DNA from: Methanothermobacter thermautotrophicus str. Delta H
GTDB lineage: Archaea; Methanobacteriota; Methanobacteria; Methanobacteriales; Methanothermobacteraceae
Length of the DNA: 32,000 nt
Direction of reading: 5' to 3'
Assembly: GCF_000008645.1 (NCBI RefSeq)
Contig: NC_000916.1
Span: 240,001 to 272,000 of the forward strand
Shown: in pieces, positions 1 through 8,709 of the stretch
Position numbering within the stretch: position 1 is the first letter of the stretch
Layout of the letters: each line of letters begins with the position of its first letter
The notes under the pieces: generated by a model
What the model was told of the DNA's origin: nothing
The model's input: the letters and a program-made list of their open reading frames with translations, nothing else
The model's database searches: none
Translations under genes and position numbers: made by a program

Positions 1-1182
1 GAAACCCTGGAGATACCAAGGGTGCCGCCAGGTCCAGGGACGGAGGTGAGGTCAGCCGACCCGGAGACCCTCGGGAGGATATTCGGGCGCGGAAACCTGA
101 CCCTCGGGAGGCTGCTCACAGCCGACGCACCATTCACTGTTGACATCAACCGCATGGTCACAAGGCACCTGGCGGTCCTTGCAGTCACAGGGGCGGGTAA
201 ATCCAACACCGTGGCGGTGATAGTGGACGGGCTCCTCAGGGCAGGGGGTACCGTCATAATCTTCGACATGCACTCAGAGTACGTCAACGCCAGGTTCACA
301 GGTGGAAGGGTTAACAGAATAGGGGCATCCATAAACCCTGCCCACCTCTCACTCAGAGAGATTAAGAGACTCAGCAACGTCAGGGATAACGCCTACGTCC
401 AGGAAAGGTACCTTGCAAGGGCCCACAGGAGGGTAAGGTCCGGGATGAAGGATGGCAGCTCATCACCAGCTGAATTCTTCAGGAGGATGGATGAGAAACT
501 GGATGAGCTTCTCTCAGAGAACAGCAGCGACAGGAGGAGCATAATCGATGTCCAGAACAAGCTGGAGCACATGCGTGAATCCTATGAGGAGATAATAGAC
601 CTTGAGTCTGAGGGGATAATTGAGAGGCTCAGATTAAACCATGTCAATGTGATCGACCTCGGCTCAGTGGATGAGACAGGTTCCGATGTCATTGTGAGTC
701 ATGTGCTCCAGGAGGTCCTCCAGAGCAGGAAGGAGTATCTCAGGCATGGAACTGGCCTTGAGACACCAGTATTCATGGTCCTTGAGGAGGCCCACATCCT
801 CGCACCCTCTGACCGGCCAACCGAGTCAAGGTACTGGATAGGCAGGGTCGCCAGGGAGGGGAGGAAGTTCGGGGTCGGCCTCTGTCTGGTGAGCCAGAGC
901 CCCAAGTCCCTTGACCATGAGGCCCTCTCCCAGGCCAACAATATGATCGTAATGCGCCTCATTGAACCCAATGACCAGCTGCATGTCCAGAGGGCCAGTG
1001 AGGCCCTCAGTGATGACCTCCTCTCACACCTCCCCTCACTGAACATCGGGGAGGCGGTTGTGGTCGGCCTCATGGCACCCTTACCGGCCATTGTGAGGAT
1101 AGAGGAATTTGAGGGTAAGCTCTCGGGCGGTGACCTTGACGTTGCCGGGATATGGAGTGGTATGCGGGTAGGGGATGAGTAG
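1..1182 (+). CDS. herA: HerA-like / DUF87 hexameric ATPase (probably 5'-truncated by the window edge)
   Basis: Walker A AVTGAGKSNT, HerA-like FDMHSEY, Walker B VFMVLEEAHI, and arginine-rich ESRYWIGRVAREGRKFGVGLCLVSQSPKSL. The frame is open from base 1 (ETLEIPR-VPPGPG...), so the listed GTG start at 22 is probably internal. Confidence 0.85.
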   Translation, partial: ETLEIPRVPPGPGTEVRSADPETLGRIFGRGNLTLGRLLTADAPFTVDINRMVTRHLAVLAVTGAGKSNTVAVIVDGLLRAGGTVIIFDMHSEYVNARFTGGRVNRIGASINPAHLSLREIKRLSNVRDNAYVQERYLARAHRRVRSGMKDGSSSPAEFFRRMDEKLDELLSENSSDRRSIIDVQNKLEHMRESYEEIIDLESEGIIERLRLNHVNVIDLGSVDETGSDVIVSHVLQEVLQSRKEYLRHGTGLETPVFMVLEEAHILAPSDRPTESRYWIGRVAREGRKFGVGLCLVSQSPKSLDHEALSQANNMIVMRLIEPNDQLHVQRASEALSDDLLSHLPSLNIGEAVVVGLMAPLPAIVRIEEFEGKLSGGDLDVAGIWSGMRVGDE

Positions 1183-1249
1183 TTTGCTGCCGCATCTCCA
1201 TGTCTTTGGGGGTAAAGGATAAGTATCTTGATGTGTAAAGTATTCTACA

Positions 1250-1684
1250 GTGGTATTCATGACAGAGTCAGATTTTAGGGATTTCTATGATGTGCTTGTT
1301 GAAAACCTTGAATCATATAATGGGGAGTACGCATCCTTCATAGATTACGGGCCGAAACTCTTCAAGTTACTCACGGATTTTCTGGGCTATGAGCACCTTA
1401 AAGGCCAGCTTAAACTTAAGATTAGCGCTGCAATAGCCTACTACGTTGTTCCCATGGACATCATACCGGAGACAGTATACGGTGCATATGGCTACATCGA
1501 CGACATATTCATAACAGCATACGTTATAAGGATCCTGGCGGACGTTTACGGCTATGATCTACTCTCAGAGTACTGGGATGGGAAGGATGACCTTGAGGAG
1601 GTCGTCGAGCTCTGCTATGAGAGGTCAAAGGATGTCCTGAGGGATAAAACCAGTGATGTTCTGGATTATGTGGGGTTGCTCTGA
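1250..1684 (+). CDS. DUF1232 (YkvA-like) small membrane-associated protein
   Basis: 144 aa ORF with the characteristic DUF1232 pattern AAIAYYVVPMDIIPE...GYIDDIFITAYVIRIL. Confidence 0.7.
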   Translation: MVFMTESDFRDFYDVLVENLESYNGEYASFIDYGPKLFKLLTDFLGYEHLKGQLKLKISAAIAYYVVPMDIIPETVYGAYGYIDDIFITAYVIRILADVYGYDLLSEYWDGKDDLEEVVELCYERSKDVLRDKTSDVLDYVGLL

Positions 1685-3892
1685 TCAGCTATTCTCAGGA
1701 ACCCTGTTCTCCCATTTCATATCTTCAAGGACTCCGAGGACGTTTCCAAGGGATTGCTTCTCTACACTGATTTCAATCAGAAGTTCGAAGCACTCATCAT
1801 CCCTGAGGATCATGCACTTCTTCATTGAGGGTATGAGGTCCCTCAGTTCATTCATGGTCTCAATGACAACGTTACCGCTCACAATACAGTTCATCATGAG
1901 GTTGAGGTTTTCGCCGTCAGGGTTTATGTAGAGTATCTCCTTCCTCTGGACACCATTATCTTCAGGTTCTTCCTTTAATGCTTCCTTCTCTGGTTCTATC
2001 AGGAGTTCTGTTTCTATGGTCTCTCTTGTGGGTTGTTCTGCCGGGGTTTCTGTTATAGGTTGTTCTGTTTCGAGGGTCTCTGTTGTGGGTTGTTCTGCCG
2101 GGGTTTCTTTTTCTGGTTCTGTTTCTAGGGTTTCTGTTATAGTTTGTTCTGTTTCTGTGATTTCTTTTTCTGGTTCTGTTCCCGGTTTCAGGGTTTCCCC
2201 TTCTGTTTCAATGTGTCTGAGGTAGAGCTCCTCGATCCCGGGGTTGCGTTTGAGGATGAATCCGTCGGGGGTTTCCTCCAGGAGGTCGTGGTCCTGGAGG
2301 GTCCAGATATTGGCGCGGAGGAGCTGAGGGTCATCAAAGGATTCCAGGAGGTCCTCCTCCCGGAAGGGTCCCTTCCCTGCGACTTTCCCGATCTCTGTGA
2401 ATATCTCCCATGCAACTATTTTAGCATAGCATTCCCGGCATTCCTCCCGCTTCCCATCAGAGTTACTGTGGAACTCTGACCTCTTCAGTGTCCTGCCACA
2501 TAGGGGGCATGTCCTCATCATCTTGGATTCTGATGGAAGCTCCCCCTCACCGTAGGCGTCATGGAAGGCCCTCAATTCCTCGTCGGGTTTCAACCTGTAG
2601 GTTTCAAGGGCAGGGTCGTTCTCAATGAGGTCAAAGTCCTGCAGGATCCAGATGTCAGCCATAACCCCCATCCTTTCATTCTCATCATCTATTATATCAT
2701 CGACGGTGAATTCCACTCCCGGTTCAACCAGCCTCCTTATCCTTACGAGGGCGTCTGCGGCGCAGCACTTCCTTGAGCATTCCCTGCACCTGGGGTCTTC
2801 TCCGTCCTTCAGCTGGAACTCTGTGACCGGTAGGGTCTCCCCACATATTGAGCATTCCAGTTCACCACCCTCAGGAGCCTCCTCCACCCCTGGGGCCACA
2901 GGTTCCTCTGTCTCAGGTCTGCACCTTTTTAGCTCCACGTTCTCTATGATGAACCTCTGGAGCTTATCATCCGGTCCCAGCCGGCACATCCCTGATTCAT
3001 GGTCATAGTCCAGGAGGCCGAACTCATCGAGTATCCAGGTCATGGCGATGAATTTTGTCCTGTCGGGATCATCCATGCCGGATGTGTATTCATTCACGTT
3101 GAACTCATCGCCGGGTTTAAAGATTTGCAGGATCTCCTCAAGGGACTCAAGGGCATAGAGGGTCCTTGAGCATTCCCTGCAGATCCCCTGGCACCTTTCG
3201 GTTTCTGTCTCAAGTTCCGCCATGCACCCACGGCAGAGCTCAGAGTCACTGCCAGGTTTCAGGGGCGCATTCGGATCATCTTCCAGTTTAACAGGCTCAT
3301 CCCTGGTTTTTTCTGATTTATGAGATCCCAGTCCAATGTAAGCGTAATAGTCAGTTTCAGGAGCACCCGATTTTTCATTCAGGTTCTCACCATCTTCTTC
3401 AGTTGAATATGGTCTGGGGCCTGTTTCTTCAGTTGAATTCAATGATTCCCGGGTGCTTCCTTCCTCTTCTGATCCACTCAGAGGCTCTCCGGGTGTCCCG
3501 GATTTCCTGAGGAGTGATTTAACCGCTGAGTTGAACCCCATGTTGAGTTCCATGAATTCTTCACATTTCCCGGTGAGGACATATTTTCTGCCACTGAGTC
3601 CCTTAGATCCATGCCTTTTTATGAACCCCCACCTTAGGAGTTTCCAGAATAGTCCTGTTTCAAGGCCCCTTTCATTGAATTCCTTCAGACTGAAGGGCCC
3701 CATACCCTCCAGTGATTCGATGGCCCTTAAAATCAGGTATCTATCGTAGCATTCACTGCAGACACATATATCATCCACACTGCAGTTCTTGCATGATGAA
3801 TCAGATGATTCATTGCCACATGAAGGACATATGAGTTCACGGGACTCTCTACGGCAGAGGACACAGTTATTCATACGGCATACTCCCCTCAA
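1685..3892 (-). CDS. Modular Cys-rich (zinc-ribbon-like) protein with repeated C-x2-C...C-x2-C plus ~80 aa modules, acidic TET/EP-rich linker, C-terminal domain; function unknown
   Basis: 735 aa. At least three similar modules: CRGCMAE...CRECSRTLYALESLEEI, CSICGETLPVTEFQ...CRECSRKCCAADALVRI, CPLCGRTLKRSEFH...CRECYAKIVAWEIFTEI, each followed by FT/FR..D...WILQD(F/H)DL(I/L)E. A more diverged fourth module is at the N-terminus. Confidence 0.75.
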   Translation of the reverse strand: MRGVCRMNNCVLCRRESRELICPSCGNESSDSSCKNCSVDDICVCSECYDRYLILRAIESLEGMGPFSLKEFNERGLETGLFWKLLRWGFIKRHGSKGLSGRKYVLTGKCEEFMELNMGFNSAVKSLLRKSGTPGEPLSGSEEEGSTRESLNSTEETGPRPYSTEEDGENLNEKSGAPETDYYAYIGLGSHKSEKTRDEPVKLEDDPNAPLKPGSDSELCRGCMAELETETERCQGICRECSRTLYALESLEEILQIFKPGDEFNVNEYTSGMDDPDRTKFIAMTWILDEFGLLDYDHESGMCRLGPDDKLQRFIIENVELKRCRPETEEPVAPGVEEAPEGGELECSICGETLPVTEFQLKDGEDPRCRECSRKCCAADALVRIRRLVEPGVEFTVDDIIDDENERMGVMADIWILQDFDLIENDPALETYRLKPDEELRAFHDAYGEGELPSESKMMRTCPLCGRTLKRSEFHSNSDGKREECRECYAKIVAWEIFTEIGKVAGKGPFREEDLLESFDDPQLLRANIWTLQDHDLLEETPDGFILKRNPGIEELYLRHIETEGETLKPGTEPEKEITETEQTITETLETEPEKETPAEQPTTETLETEQPITETPAEQPTRETIETELLIEPEKEALKEEPEDNGVQRKEILYINPDGENLNLMMNCIVSGNVVIETMNELRDLIPSMKKCMILRDDECFELLIEISVEKQSLGNVLGVLEDMKWENRVPENS

Positions 3893-4070
3893 TACAGTAC
3901 AATTTAATGTTTTTTCATGTACTTAAAGTATTCACATTCATAGGGTTATAAAAAAATTTATCTATCAATCCTCAGAAATCTTTAAATGTGTTTAATACCG
4001 GGAAGGGGGTTTTCAAATAAAACAGAAGAGACTGGTTCCCACCGGGAAGCCAGGATTCTGGCTTCACAGG

Positions 4071-4784
4071 GTGGATGATGATGTTCTTGAAGATATATCA
4101 GAGAACCTGGTGATCGGGTCGGTGAAGAGGAGGGGGAAGCTAATAAACGAAATACGTGCCGGTGACAGGATATTCATCTTCAGGGCCATACCACTGAATG
4201 GAAGGAGGACGCTCTCATTCGTCGCCTACACCATGGTGGATGAGGTCTACAGTTCCCCTGAGACCCTCTATGATTACTATGAATCCCCAAGGAAGCTGAA
4301 ACTCCGGGGGATAAAGTTCTTCAACCCACCATTACCACTGATAAAGTTCCGGGACAAACTTGTTTCTGTTGAACCTAAAAGATGGTCATCCACACTCAAA
4401 TCAGAGTACAGAAGGATAGATGAGCGTGACTTCAGGATCATACGCTCCCGGGCGAACTTCATAGACAGATTCCCTGCCTACCTTGAGGAGCTATCCTTCA
4501 GCATGGACGAATTCCTCATCAACTCCATCATGGGCCTCCACAGCTTACTCAGGAGGACCGATGGCAGGAAGCAGATGGAGATAAGGTCCTTCATAAAACT
4601 CCTCGACGAGTTCATCAGAACGTACGGTATCAGGAAGTCCTATGAGGAGCTGGAGGAATTCTACTCAGTAAACGCCTGGAGGACCGGAATCAAACATTAC
4701 CCTTCAAGGGATCCCGAGAGGATAGTGACACTCTACAACAGCAGAGGGGCTGGAAGAGACTTTGGACTGATATCCCTGGAATAG
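4071..4784 (+). CDS. EVE/PUA-like-domain hypothetical protein, first gene of the operon with the DUF2791 ATPase and helicase
   Basis: 237 aa ORF. RRGKLINEIRAGDRIFIFRAI...FVAYTMVDEVY...KLRGIKFFNPPLPLIKFRDKL resembles the EVE fold pattern. GTG start, 10 bp spacer to the next ORF. Confidence 0.5.
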   Translation: MDDDVLEDISENLVIGSVKRRGKLINEIRAGDRIFIFRAIPLNGRRTLSFVAYTMVDEVYSSPETLYDYYESPRKLKLRGIKFFNPPLPLIKFRDKLVSVEPKRWSSTLKSEYRRIDERDFRIIRSRANFIDRFPAYLEELSFSMDEFLINSIMGLHSLLRRTDGRKQMEIRSFIKLLDEFIRTYGIRKSYEELEEFYSVNAWRTGIKHYPSRDPERIVTLYNSRGAGRDFGLISLE

Positions 4785-4794
4785 GAGGCTTAGT

Positions 4795-6030
4795 ATGGAC
4801 GCAGAAAGGATTATAAACGCCCTTAAAAATGGTAACGTCCCCCCGGATGGTGTGGGTGAGATATGCGTTGGTCGTGAGAGGGAGATTGAGGAGTTCGACA
4901 AGATCCTCGGCAAGGTGAAGGAGGGAGCTGCCATAACAAGGTTCCTCAATGGAGAGTTCGGGTCGGGGAAGTCGTTCTTCCTGAAATTACTCGAAGGGAG
5001 GGCCCTGGCAGATAACTTCGTCGTGGCGAAGGTAACCCTCAGCCGTGACGTTCCCTTCAACAAGTTTGAGGTTGTATACAGGAATATCGTGGCTTCACTC
5101 CGCTGCAAGACCGGCGTATCCCTTGAGCATATAATCGAAAAATGGATCACACAGCTCCGGATGATGTCCCTAAGGGAGACCACGGACCCCTACCAGCAGG
5201 AGAGGATTGTGCTGGACAACATCAGCAGTGACCTGAATGAGGTCCGGAAACATTCAACCACCTTCGCAGCTGCAATCGAGAACTACTACAAACTTTCAGC
5301 CAGGGGTGACAAGGAGACAGCAAGGTACGCCATGGGCTGGCTCAGCGGAGAGAAGAACATCCCCTTCACCATAAAGAGGCAGTTCGGGGTCAAGGGGGAC
5401 ATTGACAGGGAGAACGCCTTCAAGTACCTGGAGGCCCTCTCATCGTTCCTCAGGGCACTGAAGTATTCGGGGCTGATTATACTCATCGACGAGGCAGAGC
5501 ACATAATGACCCTCCACACCAAGAAGCTCAGGGACACGGCCTACGATTACATGAGGTTCATATACGATGAGTGCAGCATTGGAAGATTCCAGAACACCCT
5601 CTTCATATTTGCAGGCACACCCGAGTTCTTCGAGGACCCGAAGCTTGGAGTGCCATCCTACACAGCCCTCAATGAGAGGATAGAGGACGCCATCAAAACA
5701 GAATTCAAGGACCTCAGAAAACCCATCATCAGACTTGACGGTTTCAGGAGGGAGAACCTCCATGAGCTCTCCGAGAGACTCATAGCCATGCACGAGGAGG
5801 TCTATGGATGGGAGGCCAACCCTGTGAGGGAATCCCTCGATGGCATAATCTCAAGGCATGAGGCCAACGCTGAACTGACAGGTTACATCTCCCCCAGGAA
5901 CTTTGTCAAGTCATTCATAAGTGTCCTGGATGTTGTACAGCAGAACCCTGAACTCCGTGGCGAGGCCGAAATCCTGGATCTCTTCGAGGAGAAGGAGATG
6001 GAATTTGAGGAGGATGAGGACTGGGTCTAG
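4795..6030 (+). CDS. P-loop ATPase resembling DUF2791 / BREX-type ATP-binding protein (BrxC/BrxD-like)
   Basis: 411 aa. FLNGEFGSGKSFFLKLLEGRA Walker A, LIILIDEAEHIM Walker B, ADNFVVAKVTLSRDVPFNKFEVVYRNIVASL, downstream Lhr-like helicase. Confidence 0.65.
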   Translation: MDAERIINALKNGNVPPDGVGEICVGREREIEEFDKILGKVKEGAAITRFLNGEFGSGKSFFLKLLEGRALADNFVVAKVTLSRDVPFNKFEVVYRNIVASLRCKTGVSLEHIIEKWITQLRMMSLRETTDPYQQERIVLDNISSDLNEVRKHSTTFAAAIENYYKLSARGDKETARYAMGWLSGEKNIPFTIKRQFGVKGDIDRENAFKYLEALSSFLRALKYSGLIILIDEAEHIMTLHTKKLRDTAYDYMRFIYDECSIGRFQNTLFIFAGTPEFFEDPKLGVPSYTALNERIEDAIKTEFKDLRKPIIRLDGFRRENLHELSERLIAMHEEVYGWEANPVRESLDGIISRHEANAELTGYISPRNFVKSFISVLDVVQQNPELRGEAEILDLFEEKEMEFEEDEDWV

Positions 6031-6080
6031 TCCCCCCATCCAGTATCTGGCCGTGCCAGGCACGCACCGGGAGCATTCTC

Positions 6081-8189
6081 ATGTCTGCAGAATCCCTGAA
6101 CCCCCGCCTCAGGCACTTCCTCGCAAACAGGCTCGGGTGGAGGAGCCTGCGGGATGTGCAGAAATCCGCCCTTGAAGCCATAGGGAGGGGCGAGGACACC
6201 CTCATAGTGGCACCCACTGCATCGGGTAAGACAGAGGCGGCTTTAATCCCGGTATTCAACTCCATACTCAGCGAGGGCCTTCCACCGGTCAGCATGCTCT
6301 ATGTATCACCCCTCAAGGCCCTCATAAATGACATGCACAGCCGCCTTGAACTGTGGGGCAACCACTTCAACCTGGAGGTCATGAAGTGGCACGGTGACGT
6401 ACCGGCAAACAGGAAGAGGAGGTTCATTAAGAACCCATCAGACATCCTCCTCATAACACCCGAGTCCCTTGAGGTCATGATGATCAACAGGAGCCGGGCC
6501 GAGAAGGAGAGGATCCTTGGAAACCTCCGCTACATCATCGTGGATGAGATACACCAGTTCATAGAGGCTGACAGGGGTGTTCAGCTGAACTCCCTCCTGG
6601 CAAGGCTTGAGAGGTACACAGGGGTGAGGCCCCAGCGGATAGGCCTCTCTGCAACCGTAGGAAACCCTGAAGAGGTTCTGAACTGGATGAGCCCATCCGG
6701 AGCTGTTGTGAGGGATACTGCCGAGAGGAAGCTCCAGTACAGGATATTCGAGTTAAATCACCATAAACTGATTGAGGTGCTGAGGAGGTTCACAGGGAAG
6801 AAGGTCCTCATATTTGTACCCTCACGCAGGGACGCCGAGAAGTACTACAACATCATAAGGAAGTGCCTGGATGTTGATGTCTTCATCCACCACTCATCCA
6901 TTAACCGGGACTCAAGGGAGGAGGCCGAGGAGAGGTTCAGGTCAGTATCAGCGGCCTTCATGGTGAACACCAGCACCCTCGAACTGGGTATAGACGTGGG
7001 TGACATCGACGTGGTGATCCACATAAGGAGCCCCACCAGCGTGAACAGGTTCCTCCAGAGGACCGGGAGGAGCGGCAGAAGGAGGGGCCTTCAGAGGACC
7101 ATAATATTCCAGGAGAAGGAGGCTCTAACAGCCCTCTCAGTGGCGTCCCTGGCCCTATCAGGGAGGCTTGAGGATCTGAGGATCCCGGTGAGGCCCCTTG
7201 ACATATACTTCCACCAGATCCTCAGCTCGGTATTTGAACTTGAGAAGCCCACTCCAGGGGATATCTACAGGGGACTTGGCAGGGCACATGTATTCTCGGA
7301 TCTGGATGCCGACGACTTCAGGCACCTGGTTGAATTCATGGTGGAGAACGACTTCCTCAGGGTCCATGGCCCCTACATCCACCATGGATTCAACTTCGAG
7401 AAGACCTTCGGTAAGATGAACTTCCTGGAGTTCTACACGGTCTTCCCACCCAACTATGAGTTCACAGTTAAACACCGCACAAAGGTCATAGGCTCCCTTG
7501 ACTCCTTCTTTGTCGTCACCTACCTCAAGGTGGGCAGGGGATTCATACTGGGTGGTGAGAAGTGGGTGGTGAAGGATATAGACCATGAAAGGTTCATCGT
7601 GAGGGTCAAACCCTGCACCAGGGATGCTGAAATACCTGACTGGAGCAGTGGAGGCGCCCCCACCACCTTTGAGGTTGCAAGGCACGTCTACGATATACTC
7701 CTCGGGGACTTCGACAGGGGCCTCCTGAGGTGGCTCGACCCGGGATCACAGGCCCGGGTCCAGTCGTGCATGGAGATGGCCTCAGCTGAGGGTCTGGACC
7801 ATGGCATGATCCCGGTGCGTATCGGGGAGAGGATAGAAATCAACACCTTCGCCGGGGAGAGGGTTAACGCCCTCATCTCCGATGTGTTCCGCCTTGAGCA
7901 CGGGGTCCACGGTATCAGTAACAGTGCCTTCACCTCATCCTTCAGTGCCAGACTTGATTACCATGACATTGAATCCACCCTCCGGGATATACCAGCCATC
8001 ATCTCAGAGGAGGACTTCCTCCTCAGATTGGAGGATAACCTTGACAGGTTTGTTAAGAACAAGTTCATAGAGCACCTCCCCGGGGACGTGGCCGCACATA
8101 TGAGGTACAGCCTCCTCTACAGGCCCGATGAACTGCTCAGGCTCCTCCGGGATAATGGACCCGTGGAGGTCCATGACTTCAAACTCTAG
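6081..8189 (+). CDS. DEAD/DEAH-box ATP-dependent helicase, Lhr-like (BrxHI-like)
   Basis: 702 aa. Motif I APTASGKTEAA, motif Ia YVSPLKALINDM, motif II IIVDEIHQF, motif III GLSATVGNPEEV, STLELGIDVGDIDVVIHIRSPTSVNRFLQRTGRSGRR motifs V/VI. Confidence 0.85.
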   Translation: MSAESLNPRLRHFLANRLGWRSLRDVQKSALEAIGRGEDTLIVAPTASGKTEAALIPVFNSILSEGLPPVSMLYVSPLKALINDMHSRLELWGNHFNLEVMKWHGDVPANRKRRFIKNPSDILLITPESLEVMMINRSRAEKERILGNLRYIIVDEIHQFIEADRGVQLNSLLARLERYTGVRPQRIGLSATVGNPEEVLNWMSPSGAVVRDTAERKLQYRIFELNHHKLIEVLRRFTGKKVLIFVPSRRDAEKYYNIIRKCLDVDVFIHHSSINRDSREEAEERFRSVSAAFMVNTSTLELGIDVGDIDVVIHIRSPTSVNRFLQRTGRSGRRRGLQRTIIFQEKEALTALSVASLALSGRLEDLRIPVRPLDIYFHQILSSVFELEKPTPGDIYRGLGRAHVFSDLDADDFRHLVEFMVENDFLRVHGPYIHHGFNFEKTFGKMNFLEFYTVFPPNYEFTVKHRTKVIGSLDSFFVVTYLKVGRGFILGGEKWVVKDIDHERFIVRVKPCTRDAEIPDWSSGGAPTTFEVARHVYDILLGDFDRGLLRWLDPGSQARVQSCMEMASAEGLDHGMIPVRIGERIEINTFAGERVNALISDVFRLEHGVHGISNSAFTSSFSARLDYHDIESTLRDIPAIISEEDFLLRLEDNLDRFVKNKFIEHLPGDVAAHMRYSLLYRPDELLRLLRDNGPVEVHDFKL

Positions 8190-8205
8190 TCTTTTTTCTG
8201 GACTA

Positions 8206-8245
8206 TGTTGCAGATGCAACAGTTGCAATGACAACATTTATATAT
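8206..8245 (+). promoter_or_regulatory. Palindromic candidate operator next to a TATA-like element upstream of the marR-like gene
   Basis: Perfect inverted repeat TGTTGCA-GA-TGCAACA (8206-8221), then a second weaker GTTG-N6-CAAC (about 8223-8236), immediately 5' of TTTATATA (about 8238-8245) and the ATG at 8269. Confidence 0.55.
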
Positions 8246-8268
8246 GTTTTCCCACCAGATAGATCAGC

Positions 8269-8709
8269 ATGGACAGGGACATACCACTCAAGGGACTCCT
8301 CTCAATAATCCTCAGGAGTCACAGGGTCTTCATCGGGAGGGAGCTGGGACACCTGAACCTCACAGACGCCCAGGTGGCATGCCTCCTGAGGATCCACAGG
8401 GAACCAGGGATAAAACAGGATGAACTCGCCACCTTCTTCCACGTGGACAAGGGAACCATAGCAAGGACCCTGAGGCGCCTGGAGGAGAGCGGATTCATTG
8501 AGAGAGAGCAGGACCCGGAGAACAGGCGCAGGTACATCCTGGAGGTAACCAGGAGGGGCGAGGAAATCATCCCCCTCATACTGAAGGTTGAGGAGCGCTG
8601 GGAGGACCTCCTCTTCAGAGACTTCACAGAGGATGAGAGGAAACTCTTCAGGAAGATGTGCCGGAGACTGGCAGAGGAGGCAGTCAGGATGAGGGGTGAG
8701 TGGAGGTGA
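8269..8709 (+). CDS. MarR-family transcriptional regulator (recognised as MTH313-like)
   Basis: 146 aa. wHTH pattern LTDAQVACLLRIHREPGIKQDELATFFHVDKGTIARTLRRLEESGFIEREQDPENRRRYILEVT. Overlaps the downstream MATE start. Confidence 0.9.
   Translation: MDRDIPLKGLLSIILRSHRVFIGRELGHLNLTDAQVACLLRIHREPGIKQDELATFFHVDKGTIARTLRRLEESGFIEREQDPENRRRYILEVTRRGEEIIPLILKVEERWEDLLFRDFTEDERKLFRKMCRRLAEEAVRMRGEWR

Noticed and set aside
1980-2180. Short repeats (GTTTCTGTTATAGGTTGTTCTG-like) resembling a small tandem or CRISPR-like array
   Set aside because: They lie in frame inside the Cys-rich protein gene and encode its TET/EP-rich linker. There are no regular spacers.
7158-8237. Overlapping minus-strand ORFs (7158-7685, 7688-7933, 8004-8237)
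   Set aside because: Antisense to the continuous, motif-rich Lhr-like helicase; no family-like motifs.
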